Below, piece after piece: positions 59,989-64,000 of a stretch of 64,000 nt of DNA. Both the position numbers and the translations under genes were made by a program. How positions within the stretch are numbered: position 1 is the first letter of the stretch; the number at the start of each line of letters is the position of its first letter. The notes below the pieces were generated by a model. The model searched no databases. It was not told the origin of the DNA and worked only from the letters and a program-made list of their open reading frames with translations. Source of the DNA: Nanobdellota archaeon (GTDB taxonomy: Archaea; Nanobdellota; Nanobdellia; Pacearchaeales; GW2011-AR1); NCBI GenBank assembly GCA_038046005.1, contig JBBSXB010000001.1, forward strand, positions 64,001 through 128,000. The letters run 5' to 3'.

Positions 59989-60050
59989 AATTAGTTTAAT
60001 AAAACAGAGTTTAAAATATTTCCCCTAAAATTTTCCAATTTCTTTTGTGA

Positions 60051-60083
60051 CCTGCCATGGTTGTGCACTTAGGTTGGCTAAGT
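60051..60083. repeat. 33-bp palindromic repeat, copy 2
   Basis: CCTGCCATGGTTGTGCACTTAGGTTGGCTAAGT. Confidence 0.9.
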
Positions 60084-60163
60084 GAATACGCAAAATACAG
60101 AGATATTAGAAAAAAAATTGAAATAAGTTTAAAGAAAAAATAAAATTAAAGATCGAACTGGAA

Positions 60164-60331
60164 CTATTTCTTTCTCGATTGATAGTTTCTCATCAATTTG
60201 CCTACACCTACAATGAGCCAAGCCAAAGCAATTAGCCATGCGGAAAGTGTTATACCAATATCAAGGCCAATAAGTGGTAGTATAAGTAAAACACCGACTA
60301 ATGTGACAAGCCAAGCTGTTACCTTTGCCAT
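60164..60331 (-). CDS. 55-aa two-TM membrane protein
   Basis: Below the ORF-track cutoff. Manual translation MAKVTAWLVTLVGVLLILPLIGLDIGITLSAWLIALAWLIVGVGKLMRNYQSRKK; strong SD AGGAGGG upstream. Confidence 0.75.
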   Translation of the reverse strand: MAKVTAWLVTLVGVLLILPLIGLDIGITLSAWLIALAWLIVGVGKLMRNYQSRKK

Positions 60332-60516
60332 TTCAACCCTCCTTTGATATACCCTAAAGAAAACAAGGGTTATAAGGTTTTTGCTAGCTTGAAGATTAGA
60401 GATTCAATTGTGTTATTAATTTGTAAAACATACAATTAATGCGGCGAGAGTTGGAATATTCTGATAACAATAATCTTACAAATTTCGCGCCATTTTTCGA
60501 CATCAATCTCTTTAGG

Positions 60517-60549
60517 CCTGCCACAGTTGTGCACTTAGGTTGGCTAAGT
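60517..60549. repeat. 33-bp palindromic repeat, copy 3
   Basis: CCTGCCACAGTTGTGCACTTAGGTTGGCTAAGT, 31/33 identical to 60051-60083. Confidence 0.9.
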
Positions 60550-60581
60550 ATATGCTGAGCTAGTTAAGACATGTAGAAAAT

Positions 60582-60710
60582 GGTTGTTTAAACATGTGTT
60601 TTTGTGTTTAATCGACGGAAAAATTGATTAGAAATCGCTAAGAAAAACAGGTGTTGATTAGGGTGTTTGTCCGTTTAAACAGTGTTTATGGTTGTTTTAA
60701 ACAGCTGTTT
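60582..60710. repeat. cluster of TGTTT/AAACA (GTTTAAACA-type) motifs
   Basis: TGTTTAAACA at 60585, AAAACAGGTGTT near 60643, GTTTAAACAG at 60673, TGTTTTAAACAGCTGTTT at 60693. Confidence 0.65.
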
Positions 60711-60878
60711 TGCCATTAAAAATAGGGAAAAACATCATATTTTAAGACAAAAACATGCTAAAAAATAAATGAATTTCCCTCCAAAAAATTGGGTGCGAGA
60801 TAGATAAAAATTGAGGTAAGATGAAATTTACGACGTAAAAAAAGAAATATTTATAAAGGTTGAAAATCTAAATTGAGT

Positions 60879-61511
60879 ATGTTTGATTGGTTCTTTAAAA
60901 AAAGAGAGAAAAAAGAGTTAAAACACATAGAAGAAGATACAAAAAAGGGTTTTGAAAGTGTCAAAAAAGATATAACAGCTGTAATAGGATGGATCAAACA
61001 CCTAGATTCTGAGAAAAATCTGCAACAAAAAGAGATTGAAGACATAAAAGAGGATTTGTCGACGGTAAAAAATGACATTGAAAGCATTAAAAATATCATA
61101 ACTATGATGAATGAATTAAAACCTCAAGGAGTGTTTAAAACAAACAGACAGGTGTTTAAAGAACAAACACCTGTTTATGCTGTTCAAACAGTTGACCAAA
61201 CAGGCGTTCAAACACCAAATTTAAACCAATTTTCAGTAACTGAAAGAGCAATTCTATGGATTCTCTTAAACTCAGAAATGAAACTGGGATATGAAGATCT
61301 AGCTGCAATGTTGGGAAAAGAAAAGTCCACCATAAGGGGGCAGATAAATAGTATAAAACAAAAAAGTGAAAATTTGATAAGTGAAATTACTGAAAAAAAT
61401 GGAAAAAAGAGAGTATATATAAGTGAAGAAATGAGGGAAAAAATGCTGAAAAAGTCAAAAGTGAGAGTTGGAAATAAGAAAAAAACTGAGAAAAAAGAAG
61501 AAAAAGTCTGA
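60879..61511 (+). CDS. coiled-coil plus C-terminal winged-HTH protein
   Basis: KKGFESVKKDI, heptad region, Q/T linker, FSVTERAILWILL...YEDLAAMLGKEKSTIRGQINSIK; TATA-like box at 60850. Confidence 0.8.
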   Translation: MFDWFFKKREKKELKHIEEDTKKGFESVKKDITAVIGWIKHLDSEKNLQQKEIEDIKEDLSTVKNDIESIKNIITMMNELKPQGVFKTNRQVFKEQTPVYAVQTVDQTGVQTPNLNQFSVTERAILWILLNSEMKLGYEDLAAMLGKEKSTIRGQINSIKQKSENLISEITEKNGKKRVYISEEMREKMLKKSKVRVGNKKKTEKKEEKV

Positions 61512-61712
61512 AAAGTAAGGAAAAATCAATAAAAAACGATTAAAAAAACAAAAAGTGAGAGTTAAATTACAAGAAAAACAATAAAAAATAAATTACTAAG
61601 TGAAAAGTGAGATGAAAAAATAAAAATGAATTTAAAAAGATTACAAAAGTCTGAAAATGAGAGATACAATAAATGGTAAAAACATAGTTAAAAATAGAAA
61701 AATGAGAGAAAA
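61457..61712 (+). repeat. A-rich tract with AAAA(G)TGAGA / AAAAGTCTGAAAA repeats
   Basis: AAAAGTGAGA at ~61457, ~61551 and ~61603; AAAAGTCTGAAAA at ~61502 and ~61645; AAAATGAGAG at ~61654 and ~61699. Confidence 0.65.
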
Positions 61713-61853
61713 ATAAACTTTGAAAAATTGGACTAACTTGAAAAATTAAAAAATAGGCTTTTTAGGGGCTAAAAAGACAAAATTTATAGGTATGAAAAAA
61801 TAAACAAGAAGAAAATGTTCTATTAGAAATTGTTTTGTTGAACGAATAACTAT

Positions 61854-62585
61854 TTACAATTCTCTAAGTTTTAATATTGTTTGAAGGGAGGCAATTTTCT
61901 TTAAGCCGGCTGAAACGTTTAAATGGACATTCTTATTGTTAAGTTTGATTTTATCGACGGGAATTCCCTTTGAGATGATCTTACTGATATAATCTCTTAT
62001 GGAGCTTTCAGTAAGGTTAAGCTTCAGGGCAATGGCCTTATAATCAGCATATCCTTGCTCTTCCTCTAGCTGGTATAATGTTGAAAATACTAAAATTTCC
62101 TTTTCTGTAAGCTTCTTGAATTTCAGCCTTATTTCTTTTTTTAAGGTATCTAAAGATTCAAGTATTTTGGAGGCATCGTGAAGGGTAGTTTTGGGAATCT
62201 CTAAAGGAAAAATCAAGCTATTTTGTGTCTGTTGGTCTGTCTGTTGGTCTGTCTGTCTGTCTGCTGGAACCCCATCATTTCCTATGGAAATAGCTTGATT
62301 TTGGGGTTTTAAAGCCTTAAAAGACTCATTATCTGCTGGGCTTTGTGTTGAGGTTGTCTTATTCTCCAAACTATGTGATGGAGTTAAAAAAGTTGAATTT
62401 TGAAGTATTTTAGAAGAAATAGAAATTAATTCCCTGTTTAAATCCTTTAACTCTCTAACCTCTTCCCCTAAATTGGAAAGTTTCCAATTCAACTCCACTA
62501 GGTTGGTTTTTAGAGAATTTAACTCGTAACTAAGAGAAGAGATGTCTTGTTTAACTTTTTGAAAGGCCTCTTTTATCTCATCCAT
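61854..62585 (-). CDS. coiled-coil plus C-terminal winged-HTH protein (similar layout to 60879)
   Basis: IKEAFQKVKQDI, coiled coil, DRQTDQQTDQQT linker, LTEKEILVFSTLY...YKAIALKLNLTESSIRDYISKI. Confidence 0.8.
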   Translation of the reverse strand: MDEIKEAFQKVKQDISSLSYELNSLKTNLVELNWKLSNLGEEVRELKDLNRELISISSKILQNSTFLTPSHSLENKTTSTQSPADNESFKALKPQNQAISIGNDGVPADRQTDQQTDQQTQNSLIFPLEIPKTTLHDASKILESLDTLKKEIRLKFKKLTEKEILVFSTLYQLEEEQGYADYKAIALKLNLTESSIRDYISKIISKGIPVDKIKLNNKNVHLNVSAGLKKIASLQTILKLREL

Positions 62586-62634
62586 TTTAATTTATAATAA
62601 AAAGAGTATAAAAAGATTATAGTAATGGAGAATA

Positions 62635-62913
62635 TTAAAAATTTTGAGGTTGACTTTTTTTATAGGAGGAATAAGCTTCATCGCTTAATTTCCACCGGGA
62701 TCTTCTTAGATAGACTTTTCCGAGTGGATTTTTGTTTACCTCTACAATAAGTTTCTTGGCTTTCAGATCCTTGAGAAGTCTTTTAACAAATTCCTCATCC
62801 CGAGCTATTTCTCTTGCTACATAATACGTAAACATAGGTTGGGGTGAAACAGAATAGAGAAAAGCTAGAATCTGTTCGCATATCTTCTGCTTTTTCTCTT
62901 TTGATATGTACAT
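62635..62913 (-). CDS. small winged-HTH protein
   Basis: EQILAFLY...FTYYVAREIARDEEFVKRLLKDL...RSRWKL; probable ATG at 62913 with a TATA-like box ~25 nt upstream. Confidence 0.7.
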   Translation of the reverse strand: MYISKEKKQKICEQILAFLYSVSPQPMFTYYVAREIARDEEFVKRLLKDLKAKKLIVEVNKNPLGKVYLRRSRWKLSDEAYSSYKKSQPQNF

Positions 62914-62971
62914 TAAAGGAAAAATAAAAGGGTTTATATAAAGGTTTTTGAAAGAAAGATTATTATGGGGG

Positions 62972-63388
62972 TTAATTCTCAATCTCGTCCTTTTTTAAAG
63001 AAGGTAATTGAATATGGAGGGGTATGCCCAGCTCTTCTTCTAATTGAAGCGCCTTGAGGGTCGATTTCCTTAAAATAGAGTTAAGGATAAAGAGATTGAA
63101 GGCTTCTGGAGCATTTTTATCCTTCCATGTACTCAACACTTCTTTGGATATTTTAGGGTCAACAGAAACAAGAGTATTTCCCTCAAAAAAGATCTTGGCG
63201 AAGTCCGGTTCATAATTAAGAGAAAAACTGAATTTCAAGTTCAAAAGAGATTCTTTAGAGTTAAATATATCTGCCTTAGCTTCACTGATATCGAGTATAT
63301 CCATTTTGGTGTTTATATTTACACCTTTAAAGTTGGTGGAATTTCGTTCCGCGTTTATCCTTGTAAAATTAAATCCTAAGAGTTTCAT
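62972..63388 (-). CDS. archaeal hypothetical protein (possible SecB-like fold)
   Basis: Alternating beta pattern (GFNFTRINAER, LKFSFSLNY, IFFEG) followed by a helix and GIPLHIQLP; the fold is inferred only. Confidence 0.6.
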   Translation of the reverse strand: MKLLGFNFTRINAERNSTNFKGVNINTKMDILDISEAKADIFNSKESLLNLKFSFSLNYEPDFAKIFFEGNTLVSVDPKISKEVLSTWKDKNAPEAFNLFILNSILRKSTLKALQLEEELGIPLHIQLPSLKKDEIEN

Positions 63389-63427
63389 ACTAAATGGTAA
63401 AGAAAATTATTTTTAAATATTTAGGTA

Positions 63428-63697
63428 CTAAATTAAGTCTTCCTCAGATACTATAACAAAATCGCCTATGGCGATTATAGCACTATAAGGGACTAATAAG
63501 TCATTTGAAGAAGTTTTTTCAAGATTTAAGTTCCTCGTGTAAGGTGTTGCATCTTTAACAACTAAACTGATAAGCTCACCAGATCTAGTCTCAAAGGTAA
63601 CATCTTTGACAAAACCAAGTCTTTTACCCTCTTTCGTGACAATCATCTTGCCTAAAAGCGCACTAAATGGATTTTTATTGTCTTGCATGTTAAGCAT
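63428..63697 (-). CDS. PRC-barrel domain protein (CdpB-like)
   Basis: LLGKMIVTKEGKRLGFVKDVTFETRSGEL...VPYSAIIAIGDFVIV. Confidence 0.88.
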   Translation of the reverse strand: MLNMQDNKNPFSALLGKMIVTKEGKRLGFVKDVTFETRSGELISLVVKDATPYTRNLNLEKTSSNDLLVPYSAIIAIGDFVIVSEEDLI

Positions 63698-63825
63698 AGA
63701 AGAGATTTGTTTATAAATTTTTCTGTACCAACAAATAGATTTGAAAGAATATAGATAACTGGATTAATGGAAGATAATAACGAGCAGACACACTCCTTGA
63801 TTTCGTTTGGAAAAGATTTATAAAG

Positions 63826-63950
63826 GATTTTTTAATTTTTTTTGTTTTTGTTTTATTTATAAATTTTTCTATAATAATATAATATAATATAATATAATTA
63901 ACTTATCTTGAATTATTATTATTATTATTATTATTATTAATTTGTATTAA
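63826..63950. repeat. extremely AT-rich tract with (AATAT)n and (ATT)n tandem repeats
   Basis: T-runs, then ataataatataatataatataatataatt and aattattattattattattattattattaa. Confidence 0.8.
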
Positions 63951-64000
63951 GCCGCTAATTTTATTGTGGGATTTAAAAGAACAAAATGCTAATCTGGAGT

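Noticed and set aside
59522-60549. 33-bp repeats as a CRISPR array
   Set aside because: Only 2-3 copies, about 470-540 bp apart with whole genes between them, and no cas genes in the window.
58087-63697. Provirus or IS element
   Set aside because: No capsid, terminase, packaging ATPase, transposase or terminal inverted repeats were recognised, and the PRC-barrel end looks chromosomal. An integrated plasmid remnant cannot be fully excluded.

Overview
AT-rich archaeal chromosome segment, most likely DPANN (Pacearchaeota/Woesearchaeota-like). This assignment is inferred from the archaeal-type ribosomal proteins, AglB, AMP phosphorylase plus ribose-1,5-bisphosphate isomerase, and very compact gene packing. 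In order, the window holds: the 5' part of an AMP phosphorylase gene; the S10-spc-secY ribosomal superoperon with three non-ribosomal ORFs inserted; aglH/aglB followed by a ~20 kb mosaic sugar-biosynthesis island that ends in an rmlB pseudogene and a sugar-reductase::SecD chimera; secD/secF, three tRNAs and 5S rRNA; a decayed ABC transporter; the L21e-rpo4-S13-S4-S11-rpo3-tRNA-L18e-L13-S9 cluster; and an unusual terminal 6 kb. That last region has a short serine recombinase next to single-gene units separated by palindromic ~33-bp repeats (cassette-array-like). It continues with two convergent coiled-coil/wHTH genes associated with three classes of short DNA repeats, a third wHTH gene, a PRC-barrel (CdpB-like) gene and an AT-rich tandem-repeat tract. 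Other notable signals are a tRNA-Leu with an AAG anticodon and a recurring ~55-nt hairpin/mini-ORF element in ribosomal-operon spacers. All calls come from reading the sequence; no database searches were run.
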